Source: a virus (lineage: Duplodnaviria; Caudoviricetes). Taken from it: a stretch of 64,000 bases of DNA. Each line of letters opens with the position of its first letter. Positions within the stretch are counted from its first letter, which is position 1. The stretch is from positions 96,001-160,000 of the IMG/VR virus record IMGVR_UViG_3300005611_000002; one strand, 5' to 3'. Position numbers and translations under genes: made by a program. This document shows positions 9,837-18,887 of this stretch, piece after piece. Under the pieces are notes generated by a model. It did not search any database. It was not told where the DNA came from and saw nothing but the letters and a program-made list of their open reading frames with translations.

Positions 9837-10520
9837 TCATGCCGTGTTTGCTGTTGGAAATGTAATTGTTTCAGAAAATGGATCGATCTCTGTAAAATCT
9901 ATTATATCATCTCCTTCGTCTTCAAAATCAAAATTCTTGGCAATAGGATCTTTTTCTGCTAGACCTTCAAGTGTACTTATCTGATCTGTTTTTTCTGTAT
10001 CAAAATATGTATCTATATAATCAAATCCAGTACTAAATCTTTCGTTCGAATATTCAAAGAGTTCGCATTTCAGATCAAAAACCTGAAGTGCGCCAGACTG
10101 ATAAAATACACTCTCGTGCTCAACATGAGTAATTTTGAAGAACTTTTGATTCAGTGAAAGATAGATCAAATCACCTTCATTCGGTCTTGTAAGAGTAGTT
10201 TGTACCCTAGTAGCAAATCGTTCAAATGTTCTTCTAGCTACAGTAAATGTAGCAGTATCACGAATCTGTAGTCCAAAGCGAGATAAGAAGTCACCTTCGC
10301 CTTCAAACCCATCAACGCTTTTGACATACATTTCCATTTCATATGCATTGTCAAAGATTGAAAGATCATCTTCATTCAAAATATCATCAACTGCTTGTAA
10401 ACTGCGCGTCAAATAAATCATATCCAGACCATAAATCTGAATACTTTCTATGACTAGATCATCAATCAGTTCTTGCTCATTGAAGTAATCATAATTTTGA
10501 AAGAAGACGTTCGTTGCCAT
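9837..10520 (-). CDS. gp14: neck protein
   Basis: ESIQIYG, FGLQIRD, PNEGDLIY, CELFEYS, PF near C-terminus. Confidence 0.93.
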   Translation of the reverse strand: MATNVFFQNYDYFNEQELIDDLVIESIQIYGLDMIYLTRSLQAVDDILNEDDLSIFDNAYEMEMYVKSVDGFEGEGDFLSRFGLQIRDTATFTVARRTFERFATRVQTTLTRPNEGDLIYLSLNQKFFKITHVEHESVFYQSGALQVFDLKCELFEYSNERFSTGFDYIDTYFDTEKTDQISTLEGLAEKDPIAKNFDFEDEGDDIIDFTEIDPFSETITFPTANTA

Positions 10521-10523
10521 GCT

Positions 10524-11267
10524 TTATCCAATGAAGTTGTAGGTCAGTGGTTGTAGCTTTTGAACGGCTTCTTCTTCCATTTCTTTACGATCAGCTTTCG
10601 CTTCGGATAAGATTTGTTCGCCGTTGAATTGAACTCCACCCACGAGTTGCATATTTGTGAACTTAGTCAAGTTCAAGCCCCATTGCTCACGAATCAAAGC
10701 AGAAGCATAATTTTGTAACCAGCGATCATTCCACACATCAGAATATGCATCAGGATCTATAATATCATATGCTTCCACGATAATGTATTCACCAGGTACC
10801 ATTAGATCTTTTTTGATGTCGATATAAACACGGTTGATGTGTCGATTATAGCGGATCAAAGGTTTACCAACAAGTATCTCTTGAATGAACTCGAGATACT
10901 GCATTGACTGCCAATAGTGTTGAATATTGTAACCAGTGATGTCTTCGAGATTATTCAGCACAAACTGATATTGAACGTTGAAGAAACCGGCGCCAGTAGA
11001 AATAGAAGAACTCAGATCAAAAATACGAGAAATACCAAGAAGTCGTTCTGGCACTTCGATGTAACCGTTATCAATGTCAGTTTGTGTAAGTTGGTGTTTC
11101 AAATAAATGAGCTGAGAACCGCTGTAGTGATAGTCTCTCCAAAAAGAAATTGCTTCATCTACGCGATCATCAACTTGCTCGTCAGATACATTGATCTGAA
11201 TTACAGGTGCACCGATCTTTCGAAGTACATAATCTTTGAATTCTGCTCTTGTCGTTGGCGCTGCCAT
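10524..11267 (-). CDS. gp13: neck protein
   Basis: LRKIGAPVIQINV, WLQNYA, QWGLNLTKF, GGVQFNG. Confidence 0.94.
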   Translation of the reverse strand: MAAPTTRAEFKDYVLRKIGAPVIQINVSDEQVDDRVDEAISFWRDYHYSGSQLIYLKHQLTQTDIDNGYIEVPERLLGISRIFDLSSSISTGAGFFNVQYQFVLNNLEDITGYNIQHYWQSMQYLEFIQEILVGKPLIRYNRHINRVYIDIKKDLMVPGEYIIVEAYDIIDPDAYSDVWNDRWLQNYASALIREQWGLNLTKFTNMQLVGGVQFNGEQILSEAKADRKEMEEEAVQKLQPLTYNFIG

Positions 11268-11291
11268 ACGTGCATCTCCCAGTTTTATTTC

Positions 11292-11299
11292 TATTTATA
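11292..11299 (-). promoter_or_regulatory. T4 late promoter TATAAATA
   Basis: Exact consensus upstream of gp13. Confidence 0.8.
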
Positions 11300-11323
11300 T
11301 CGGAAAGAGTTTGCACTTTTTTG

Positions 11324-11351
11324 TTGACAAATTCTGATGATATGTTATAAT
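11324..11351 (+). promoter_or_regulatory. consensus sigma70-type promoter, antisense to ORF 11382-12140
   Basis: TTGACA (11324-29), 16 nt spacer with TGn extension, TATAAT (11346-51). Confidence 0.65.
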
Positions 11352-11381
11352 AGTACTAACTAAAACAAACTGATAATAGAT

Positions 11382-12140
11382 TCAGTTCCTAATTATATCT
11401 TCTTCTATACAGTTACTACCGTATTGAATCTCTACAATACGTAGTTCATCAGTAGAGTCATTGATCAGTTGATGCCATTGACCAGTACGAATTACTACTG
11501 AATCATGTTTTTGAAGATCTATTTCTTGTAAGTGAGTCTCACGATCACCAACAAGTAACTTACCAACACCATATGATACTATCCAGTATTCGTTTCTCTT
11601 ACTATGCTTCTGAAGACTCAATGCTTTACTCGGTTCTACCACAAGTTCTTTGACCTTAGTTGAAGGACCATCAGCGTGAAGTACTCGATAATATCCCCAC
11701 TTTCTTTCTGTTCTTGGAGTCTTCCACTCAGTCAGTATCTTACTACTCGAATTCATCTTGTGAGTACCGCCAACTCCAAACGCAAACTCAAGTCTTGGGC
11801 TGTTTATCTCATTCTCGGGAATGTTTCCAGGAACACGATCACCACCATTTGCAAAGATGATATGAGAGTTTGGATAGGTATTGAGACTGTGCCGAATTGC
11901 TTCCTTCGAGGATCCATCACTATCATCAAATACAATCACGGAGTCGACCATTGAAAGATTTTTTACTATGTTGACTCTTTCATTGATGTCCATGAATGGC
12001 TGTCCCTTCTTACGAGTCAACCATTCGTTACTATTGATTCCTACAACGAGCATATCACCCAGCTTCTTTGCTTCTTTGAAGTACGCTATATGACCGCTGT
12101 GAAGCGGATCAAATCCACCTGTACATATAACAACTTTCAT
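11382..12140 (-). CDS. cytidylyltransferase-like (RfaE domain II type) nucleotidyltransferase fused to a cupin (mannose-6-phosphate isomerase type)
   Basis: GGFDPLHSGH HIGH motif, FANGGDR, NSSS; C-terminal WG.Y, LSLQKH..R.E.W, WHQL.N, EIQYG..C.EEDI. Confidence 0.85.
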   Translation of the reverse strand: MKVVICTGGFDPLHSGHIAYFKEAKKLGDMLVVGINSNEWLTRKKGQPFMDINERVNIVKNLSMVDSVIVFDDSDGSSKEAIRHSLNTYPNSHIIFANGGDRVPGNIPENEINSPRLEFAFGVGGTHKMNSSSKILTEWKTPRTERKWGYYRVLHADGPSTKVKELVVEPSKALSLQKHSKRNEYWIVSYGVGKLLVGDRETHLQEIDLQKHDSVVIRTGQWHQLINDSTDELRIVEIQYGSNCIEEDIIRN

Positions 12141-12385
12141 TTATAAATTCTCCCTTTAACATAATTATCAGGTTTATCGCATGGGAAGCATAAAATAGTG
12201 TGTCCAGTTTCATGATTGCAATACCACGATTTTCCTCTTTTACCATTTCCTGCTTTATATCTTTGCTCAGGATCTTGAAATTGCTTTAAAGCTTTTTGTC
12301 TTTGAACTTCTCTATTTTTTGGATCATTAAATTATTCTATAGCTTTTTGTTTTAATACTTCGCGAGTTTCTTTAGTATGATTTCT
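12137..12385 (-). pseudogene. degenerate homing-endonuclease C-terminal remnant
   Basis: Reads RNHTKETREVLKQKAIE*FNDPKNREVQRQKALKQFQDPEQRYKAGNGKRGKSWYCNHETG...YVKGRIYK. NUMOD3-like H-T-K-E-T motif and WY..N...KGR tail; internal TAA at 12332-34; no nuclease domain. Confidence 0.65.
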
Positions 12386-12464
12386 GGTAAATCTGAATTA
12401 CTGGAGCGCCTATCTTACGAAGTACATAATCTTTAAATTCTGATCTTGTCGTTGGTTGTGCCAT
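12372..12464 (-). pseudogene. duplicated 5' stub of gp13
   Basis: MAQPTTRSEFKDYVLRKIGAPVIQI(YQKSY*) versus gp13 MAAPTTRAEFKDYVLRKIGAPVIQI: 23/25 aa identical. Confidence 0.9.
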
Positions 12465-12476
12465 TTTAGGCTCTTA

Positions 12477-12806
12477 TTATATCCAATACTTTTCGTTGGT
12501 ATAGTCTTGTGGAATTGGGTTCATAATCTCAATCTCGTCAGACTTAGCGCGGATAAACTTGATGGTATCCCAGATCAATTCCATTGCCAGAACTTCGTCT
12601 CGTTGCTCTTGGGTCCAGTTGGTTTCACCAATGCGCAGTAATTCTGCTGACCGTGCCAACATATTTCTTTGTTTGTATTCTGGTGCAATAGCAAGAATAC
12701 GACGAGATGCTTCTTGTTTGACCATATCTGCGGCGAGTGGAGGTGGGGGAGGAAAGTCACTGTCTGGGACTTCTATGATCTGACCGTTTTTTAATACTTT
12801 TGCCAT
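12477..12806 (-). CDS. putative tail fibre assembly chaperone
   Basis: 109 aa with poly-Pro linker, VKQEASRRI...QRN, PQDY...YW; directly downstream of a fibre gene. Confidence 0.55.
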   Translation of the reverse strand: MAKVLKNGQIIEVPDSDFPPPPPLAADMVKQEASRRILAIAPEYKQRNMLARSAELLRIGETNWTQEQRDEVLAMELIWDTIKFIRAKSDEIEIMNPIPQDYTNEKYWI

Positions 12807-13921
12807 TAGAGGGCCTCCTTGTAGCCGTAGAGGTAAATGGTTCCGGAGGTATAAGTCGCACTACCGCTGTAGAATGTTGCCCTCAACGAATTTACAAGGC
12901 TTGTTGTCGTAAGTTGACCGCGAGAGGTTATTCTATAAAAATCGGAAAAAGCGGAACCAGTTCCCGAACCCATGGTCGATACGTTTGTGGCGGAAATTAT
13001 TAAATCGACCAAAACGGATATGTCCGCATTCAAACCAACTGAAAAGCCTATGCCGCTGTCAGCATCACTATTTGAGACGGCGGTTGATGATCCGCCAATA
13101 TCTGTAGCTGAGCAGTAATTATTATGTGTTGACGTAGATATAAAGGAAGAGCCGCCGTCAGTTGAAAAACGCAATATAGGATAACCGTTATTAGTGCCAA
13201 CATCGTTGAAGACTAACCGAAAATTTTTATAGCCAGAAGGCAAATCAAAATCCACAGCATTGACTGAGGCTGTGATTGTCTCCACTGCCAACAACTCAAG
13301 ACCGCCTCCACCGCCACCGCTACTAGAATCAATCCAATCATAATCAACTCCAGTCCACGACAGCACTTGATTATTTGCTGCGGTAGATGTATTCAAATGA
13401 TTATCTACGTCATTGTCTGTATATGAAGATGTAGTTCCTTGAATACCCTGAGTACCTTGAAGACCTTGGATACCCTGTTCGCCTGTAGTACCTTGAATGC
13501 CTTGAGTACCTTGAATGCCCTGTTCGCCTGTAGTACCTTGAATGCCAAGATCACCCTGAGTACCTTGTGTGCCTTGAACACCTTGAATGCCAAGATCACC
13601 TTGAATGCCTTGTGCACCCTGAAGACCTTGTACACCTTGTACACCTTGTGTGCCTTGAACACCCTGAATACCCTGAAGACCTTGTGTACCTTGAACACCT
13701 TGTACACCTTGCGTACCCTGAAGACCTTGTGTACCTTGAACACCTTGTACACCTTGCGTACCCTGAACACCTTGAATGCCTTGAATGCCTTGAATGCCTT
13801 GAATGCCTTGAAGACCTTGTGTGCCTTGTGCACCCTGAACACCTTGAATGCCTCTTTCTGTGCTCTTATTCCCAAAAGAAATCACAGATGGTTCTTGAAC
13901 GGTTACTTTAATATTCGCCAT
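12806..13921 (-). CDS. collagen-like fibre protein with C-terminal globular domain
   Basis: Roughly 45 G-X-Q/G-X-X triplets, VLSW..DW linker, poly-Gly, C-terminal domain ending SGTIYLYG. Confidence 0.85.
   Translation of the reverse strand: MANIKVTVQEPSVISFGNKSTERGIQGVQGAQGTQGLQGIQGIQGIQGIQGVQGTQGVQGVQGTQGLQGTQGVQGVQGTQGLQGIQGVQGTQGVQGVQGLQGAQGIQGDLGIQGVQGTQGTQGDLGIQGTTGEQGIQGTQGIQGTTGEQGIQGLQGTQGIQGTTSSYTDNDVDNHLNTSTAANNQVLSWTGVDYDWIDSSSGGGGGGLELLAVETITASVNAVDFDLPSGYKNFRLVFNDVGTNNGYPILRFSTDGGSSFISTSTHNNYCSATDIGGSSTAVSNSDADSGIGFSVGLNADISVLVDLIISATNVSTMGSGTGSAFSDFYRITSRGQLTTTSLVNSLRATFYSGSATYTSGTIYLYGYKEAL
13430..13852 (-). repeat. 9-bp period repeat encoding G-X-Q collagen triplets
   Basis: Tandem ccttgaatg/ccttgtgta/ccctgaaga-type units. 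Confidence 0.9.
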
Positions 13922-14274
13922 TATGTCGGCACCCTAGTAATAGTTTCTACTATAAACAATAATCCCTCTAATATCTTTTCAACACTGTTATTGTCATCTA
14001 TCATGATAACGTCGTATTGATACTTTCCTGGATTCAAGTCTTTAGTTTGTTCTCCAGTAATCGTTATTGATATATCATTAGCTGGATCGCCAGCAATTAT
14101 AGAAACGTTTGCATCAAAGAGTTTAGATGTAGAATAAAGTTTTTTTACACTACAATAAAAACTAAACTCATCAGTTATGTTGTAGGTACTATTAGCTGAC
14201 TCCAACTGTAATGTCGTATAAAAGTCTGTACCTTGGTCGATATATAAATTTACTCTTGCGGCCATGTTTCCCAC
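13921..14274 (-). CDS. virion structural/adaptor protein
   Basis: NLYIDQGTDF...L.PGKYQYDV...KILEG motif typical of T4-like fibre-associated small proteins; likely start MAARV. Confidence 0.65.
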   Translation of the reverse strand: MGNMAARVNLYIDQGTDFYTTLQLESANSTYNITDEFSFYCSVKKLYSTSKLFDANVSIIAGDPANDISITITGEQTKDLNPGKYQYDVIMIDDNNSVEKILEGLLFIVETITRVPT

Positions 14275-14290
14275 ACTTCTTGTTTTATTC

Positions 14291-14298
14291 TATTTATA
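14291..14298 (-). promoter_or_regulatory. T4 late promoter TATAAATA
   Basis: Exact consensus upstream of 13921-14274. Confidence 0.8.
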
Positions 14299-14316
14299 TC
14301 TTTTTTACTTTTTTGG

Positions 14317-14345
14317 TTGACATACTTCGTAGAGTGGCGTATAAT
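14317..14345 (+). promoter_or_regulatory. consensus sigma70-type promoter, antisense to the modification operon
   Basis: TTGACA (14317-22), 17 nt spacer, TATAAT (14340-45). Confidence 0.7.
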
Positions 14346-14394
14346 AGAATTAAGGTTCTGAAAGATAACCGTATTAATTCAGTATAGTGTCCAA

Positions 14395-15582
14395 TTATGA
14401 ATAGAATAGATAAGGAATGATATAGTTCTTATCGTTGTTCATATACATCAATCGTTGATGAACAGTGGGTTCACAGCATGTCCACCAATCTTCATAACTG
14501 TCATTTGGATTGAATGCTATATCGTTGGCAACAAGTTTGTATCCAGCATCCTTTAAGATCTTTCTTGACTCTTCTTTAATTTCGTTTCCTAATCGATAAG
14601 TATCATGTTCAAAGTGTATCACTGAAAACTTATAATGATCAAATGGAATTTGCTTTAATATATCAAGTGAAGCTTCATCGCAGTCTATTTGTAAATAATC
14701 TATTTGGTGAGGAGCACAAGATTCGTCTAAAAGTGAACGATAATCAATTTCTGTTGCGTCAGCGCATATAATTGAATTTCTTCTTTTTTCCGAAAATAAA
14801 TAACACGATTCTCGATTTGAGTCAATCGATATTCCTTTCCAATTAAATTGAGTCTCAAGAAGAGCAGTATTATTCGTGTCAAATGGATGACCACTTCCAA
14901 TTTCAAGATAAAATCCTTCTGTCTTCCCATTTAGAAAAGACAGTATAAACATGTCCTGCATGTGTTTCGAATAGTTTTTCTCGACAATTTCAATACCAGG
15001 AAATGGATAGCGATAACGATTTAAATCGCGATCTTTCTTATACATAATTGTGTCTGGGTAACCGAAGCGAGAAAGAAACTCTTTTGGTGCACTTTCAAGA
15101 GGAAATGAACGAGATAATTCTAAAATAATCTCTTTTGACTTATCTATAAGACCTATGTTCCAGCTGCTTTCTGCTATTAAAAGTTGAAAGTGAAGATATT
15201 CTTTTGTTGTATTGTCAACTAATGAACATCCTTGAGTAGCATAAAGAAGACACTCTCTCCATTTCTTTTGCTTAAGATAAAAATTCGCTATCTTTTCATA
15301 TGCAGTCGACTTATTTCCGTCAATTGTAATCGCATATTGCAAAAGTCCTTCGACAGTATAAAACCGTGATCCCTGTTGTGAAAAACAATCTGCACTGTTA
15401 ATAAGAGAAACGTATTTCATGTTTTCGTCGTCTGTCAATTCTGCGGCTCTAATGTAAAAAGACACTGCAGACGCATATTGCTTCATTTCGTGATATGTTT
15501 CCGCTATATTAAAATTTCTAGATGCGTCTGTGGGTTTCATTGCGTAGTTATAAATTGCGTGATTTAAAGAATCCAACGTCAT
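14395..15582 (-). CDS. TPR + FkbM-family methyltransferase
   Basis: Helical TPR-like N-half; QD.F, YLEIGSG...NNT..LE..W.G.SID, IDYLQID.D, FEHD, EDWW. Confidence 0.8.
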   Translation of the reverse strand: MTLDSLNHAIYNYAMKPTDASRNFNIAETYHEMKQYASAVSFYIRAAELTDDENMKYVSLINSADCFSQQGSRFYTVEGLLQYAITIDGNKSTAYEKIANFYLKQKKWRECLLYATQGCSLVDNTTKEYLHFQLLIAESSWNIGLIDKSKEIILELSRSFPLESAPKEFLSRFGYPDTIMYKKDRDLNRYRYPFPGIEIVEKNYSKHMQDMFILSFLNGKTEGFYLEIGSGHPFDTNNTALLETQFNWKGISIDSNRESCYLFSEKRRNSIICADATEIDYRSLLDESCAPHQIDYLQIDCDEASLDILKQIPFDHYKFSVIHFEHDTYRLGNEIKEESRKILKDAGYKLVANDIAFNPNDSYEDWWTCCEPTVHQRLMYMNNDKNYIIPYLFYS

Positions 15583-16586
15583 CAGTTTTTCTCCAATAAT
15601 TTTTCAAAACATGTAAATGGAATTGAGAGTAAGTAAGCAGCATTATCTTGAAATCCAAATGATATAAGAACTCTATCTTTTTGTATTGAAAGACCAGTTG
15701 CAAACTCAATTTCACCTTTCAAGAATGTAAATACATCTGTAGAACGAACTATATTCCAATTCTTATCCCACATTATGATTCTATGCATATACTTGCCATT
15801 CTTTCTTCCATGAAAATCGCCGTAAAGGTCTACCTCATGAGTAATAGCTATTTTGTAATCCTTTTTCCAAGTGACTACTTGTGAGCCACCTCTTAGATCT
15901 CGCGAAAATTTATATCTCTTGTTTTCATCCAATAATGTTGTTGTTGTTGTTTTTTCATCCATATCAAAGTAAACTACTTCTGTTGGATTACACCATTTTA
16001 CCCAATGAAATGGCTCGTCAAGTACTGGCATCCAATTCTTTTCGCAATAACTTGTATTTGGAGCTGGTGCTGGTATTGAATCTCTTGAGAGCTCATGGTA
16101 TTCGCCATCAGCAAAAATTATTCTCGAAAGATCCATTCTTCCAGTTCCTTTATCGTCAATATGATCGCGTCGAACGCCACACAAATACAATTTATCATCC
16201 CATTTAAATAGTCTAGCATCTTCTAAACCAATAAAATTCCACTTTGGTTGAGTATCGTACTTCATTGATACTGGGTATACGCCGACAGTATTTAATTCAG
16301 AATCTAAATGCGCTATGAAATTATTTGTTCTAAGTTTTAGATCATCTTCAGGATGTATGTATTGAAGAGGACCCCATTGGTGAGGAAATCCATTTCCTTC
16401 ACTATGATATAATGTATAATTGACATGTCTTATATTGACAAGGATTGAATCACCATCAATGAAAACAGATGGATTCATCAGCCCCGTTCCACCGCTATTT
16501 TTAGAATCTACAACCAAAGGAACAATAGAACCTCCGTTTTCAATAGCATAGTGGCACAATCCATATAATGATATCTCACGATTCAT
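15582..16586 (-). CDS. five-bladed propeller glycoside hydrolase/phosphorylase-like protein (GH130-like)
   Basis: NPS, GLEDARLF, CEKNWMP, LRGG, IEFATGL, FG.QD motifs. Confidence 0.65.
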   Translation of the reverse strand: MNREISLYGLCHYAIENGGSIVPLVVDSKNSGGTGLMNPSVFIDGDSILVNIRHVNYTLYHSEGNGFPHQWGPLQYIHPEDDLKLRTNNFIAHLDSELNTVGVYPVSMKYDTQPKWNFIGLEDARLFKWDDKLYLCGVRRDHIDDKGTGRMDLSRIIFADGEYHELSRDSIPAPAPNTSYCEKNWMPVLDEPFHWVKWCNPTEVVYFDMDEKTTTTTLLDENKRYKFSRDLRGGSQVVTWKKDYKIAITHEVDLYGDFHGRKNGKYMHRIIMWDKNWNIVRSTDVFTFLKGEIEFATGLSIQKDRVLISFGFQDNAAYLLSIPFTCFEKLLEKN

Positions 16587-17370
16587 AATCTTCTCCTAAT
16601 ACATTCTTTACCTTATTCATATCTGCACATGTATACGCCTGATATTGACTTTTCAATTTCTCTGGAAATGGAATTGTTTTTATTACAGCATCGTGTTTTT
16701 TCGCTACTTCCTCTGCAATTGAAAGAAAACTTCTAGGTTGGCCCGTCCCAATGTTAAATATTCCAGATATATTCTTGTTCATAAATTTTCTGTGATAGTA
16801 ATAAACAAGCTCTATTGGAACGAAATCACGGCAAAAATGCTCGGATCCTTCAAATACTCTTATTCTTCCATTGTTGATTGCTTGCTTTTGAAATGTGTAA
16901 AAAGGACTTGCTTGTTCGTCTTTACAAGACTCGCCTTCACCATAAACATTGAAATATCTAAATCCCTGCTTTATAATACTCACTTCTCTTTTTTGTATAT
17001 ATCTTTCTAGTAAATCTTTTGATCTAGCATAAAAGCTCATCGGAAACGTTTCAGATTCTTCTGAAAAATTGTCTCTGTAAAGAGATGCAGACGAACTCCA
17101 TTGAAAGTTAACATCGTGTTTTACACATAATTCAAATAGTTCTATCGGCCATGAAACGTTAAGATCCATGATCTTTTCTATGTTGTCTTCTGTTGTAGAG
17201 CTCACAGCTCCTGCGTGTACTACCCAGTTGTATTTTTCTATATTCAATAAATTTGGTCTGATATAACCATCTTTTATATCATAACGGTTTACTTTATGAC
17301 CTTCTTTTTCCAAACAGTTAGCAATTTGACTTCCTATAAAACCTTTAGTTCCTGTAACGAGTATTTTCAA
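16576..17370 (-). CDS. hldD: ADP-L-glycero-D-manno-heptose 6-epimerase-like SDR
   Basis: TGTKGFIGS, H.GA.SSTT, SSAS.Y, YARSK, RYFNVYG, RDFV, YQAYTCAD. Confidence 0.85.
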   Translation of the reverse strand: MKILVTGTKGFIGSQIANCLEKEGHKVNRYDIKDGYIRPNLLNIEKYNWVVHAGAVSSTTEDNIEKIMDLNVSWPIELFELCVKHDVNFQWSSSASLYRDNFSEESETFPMSFYARSKDLLERYIQKREVSIIKQGFRYFNVYGEGESCKDEQASPFYTFQKQAINNGRIRVFEGSEHFCRDFVPIELVYYYHRKFMNKNISGIFNIGTGQPRSFLSIAEEVAKKHDAVIKTIPFPEKLKSQYQAYTCADMNKVKNVLGEDYES

Positions 17371-17756
17371 TTTTGACTATCTCCGGGTCTAATACGATAA
17401 TTATCTTTTATTGAGTCAGCTGTAGACACTTCTATAATGGTTCCTTCCTCTACGCATTCAAGTTGATGAGGAACGAGAGGATGATTTCGCCAAACATCAC
17501 CCTTTTTTAGTATTACTTCATGTTCTTTAGAATTTATCGTTTCGATATATCGCAGCTTAAAGAGACCTTCTAGAACATACCATGTTTCGTCCTTTTCAAC
17601 ATGAAAATGCATTGAAAACTTCTTATCTTTCTTAAAGTGCAGAAACTTGCCGCAATATTTGTCGTTTGTAGTCCAAATAAATTCGTGGCCCCACCCCTTT
17701 TCAATATGACCATCATTTCTCATTTTAATATCTCCTTTAAATCCGGTGCATAGCAA
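17367..17756 (-). CDS. cupin-domain sugar isomerase-like protein
   Basis: KGWGHE, YCGK, SMHFH..KDETW, PHQL, EVST..DNYR..PGDSQ. Confidence 0.8.
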   Translation of the reverse strand: MLCTGFKGDIKMRNDGHIEKGWGHEFIWTTNDKYCGKFLHFKKDKKFSMHFHVEKDETWYVLEGLFKLRYIETINSKEHEVILKKGDVWRNHPLVPHQLECVEEGTIIEVSTADSIKDNYRIRPGDSQN

Positions 17757-18562
17757 CCTCTGTGTTGTATTGTAATCCTCGCAGCCATATTAGCAAACGC
17801 AATAGCTTTATCTATGTCTTGTGTTATATGATACATGAACGAAACTGCCGCAAGAAATGTATCTCCAGCACCGATTACATCTATAAAAACTATAGGCATG
17901 ACTGGAAACCAACGTTTGGTTTCTGGTTGAGGATAAAAAACCACACCGTCCTGCGCACAAGTAACAATAGTGTTAGGACAATCACTTGTCCTTGCGTTGT
18001 ATTCAGACTCATTGATCTTTATAAATGCGCCATCAAAACGAGCAAGGTCTTTTTTCTTCGTATCTATGAATACTGTCGCATTTCTTTCTTTTGCGAGGAA
18101 TATGAGAGTTTCAATTTCTTCGTATGAGAGCGTACCTTTGTCATAATCAGAGATGATCACTAAATTGGCGCCCAATTCCGTGATAGCACTTTTAGCTTTT
18201 TCAAATACTTTTTCTTTGTGTTTTGCGCTTAAAGATTCATCTACTCTAAAAAGCTGCTGCTTAAACTTTCGGTCTACATAACGGTTCTTCTTCTCTGTAA
18301 AGTGAGCAGTGAAGATATGGTTTTCATTTAGATCATCGCATAGCTTAAGTATATTGTCATTGACATTTGCACACATACCATTTTTTATGTGCGTTTGAAC
18401 ATGTTTAAAGACTGGAACTGGAGCTTCTGGACTTATTCTTGTAACGTCACCGTAATGATAATAATCCCAACAGGCGTCACCTGTTACTAATACTTTCAAT
18501 GATTTGAGTTGAGGAGAATTTTGTATCTCGTTCAAAGAAAATAACTGATTTAGCATATTCAC
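17720..18562 (-). CDS. RfaE/HldE kinase domain (PfkB family, heptose-7-phosphate kinase-like)
   Basis: RISPEAPVPV, ISDYDKG, DV.GAGDTF. Confidence 0.88.
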   Translation of the reverse strand: MNMLNQLFSLNEIQNSPQLKSLKVLVTGDACWDYYHYGDVTRISPEAPVPVFKHVQTHIKNGMCANVNDNILKLCDDLNENHIFTAHFTEKKNRYVDRKFKQQLFRVDESLSAKHKEKVFEKAKSAITELGANLVIISDYDKGTLSYEEIETLIFLAKERNATVFIDTKKKDLARFDGAFIKINESEYNARTSDCPNTIVTCAQDGVVFYPQPETKRWFPVMPIVFIDVIGAGDTFLAAVSFMYHITQDIDKAIAFANMAARITIQHRGCYAPDLKEILK

Positions 18563-18887
18563 TTCCTATCACTTTTTCATTTCTATAATCAGACCCGACT
18601 ATCATTACATCGGGATTGTAAACCTTGACTATATTTATTAATTCTTCATCAGAGTCGAATACACAAACTTCATCAACGCCCTTGACGTGGCGCATCATTG
18701 TAGATCTAAATTCTTGATTATTTATTGGCCTATTAATTCCTTTACGCTCACGAATTCTTCTGTCAGAATCAATGGCGACTAGTAGATAGTCGCCAGTATT
18801 AGATGCAAAAGTGAGTAGTTGCATATGTCCAGGGTGGAGCAGATCAAATGTTCCATTAACAAAAATTTTCACCATTCGTTCGTCCAA
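18477..18887 (-). CDS. RfaE/HldE domain II, heptose-1-phosphate adenylyltransferase-like
   Basis: NGTFDLLHPGH, DSD.RI...KG..RPIN, GSDY, SSTQII. Confidence 0.88.
   Translation of the reverse strand: MDERMVKIFVNGTFDLLHPGHMQLLTFASNTGDYLLVAIDSDRRIRERKGINRPINNQEFRSTMMRHVKGVDEVCVFDSDEELINIVKVYNPDVMIVGSDYRNEKVIGSEYAKSVIFFERDTKFSSTQIIESISNR

Noticed and set aside
13405-14020. Long alternative-frame ORFs (VFK/TLN/LEH repeats)
   Set aside because: Shadows of the 9-bp collagen repeat, which lacks stops in other frames.
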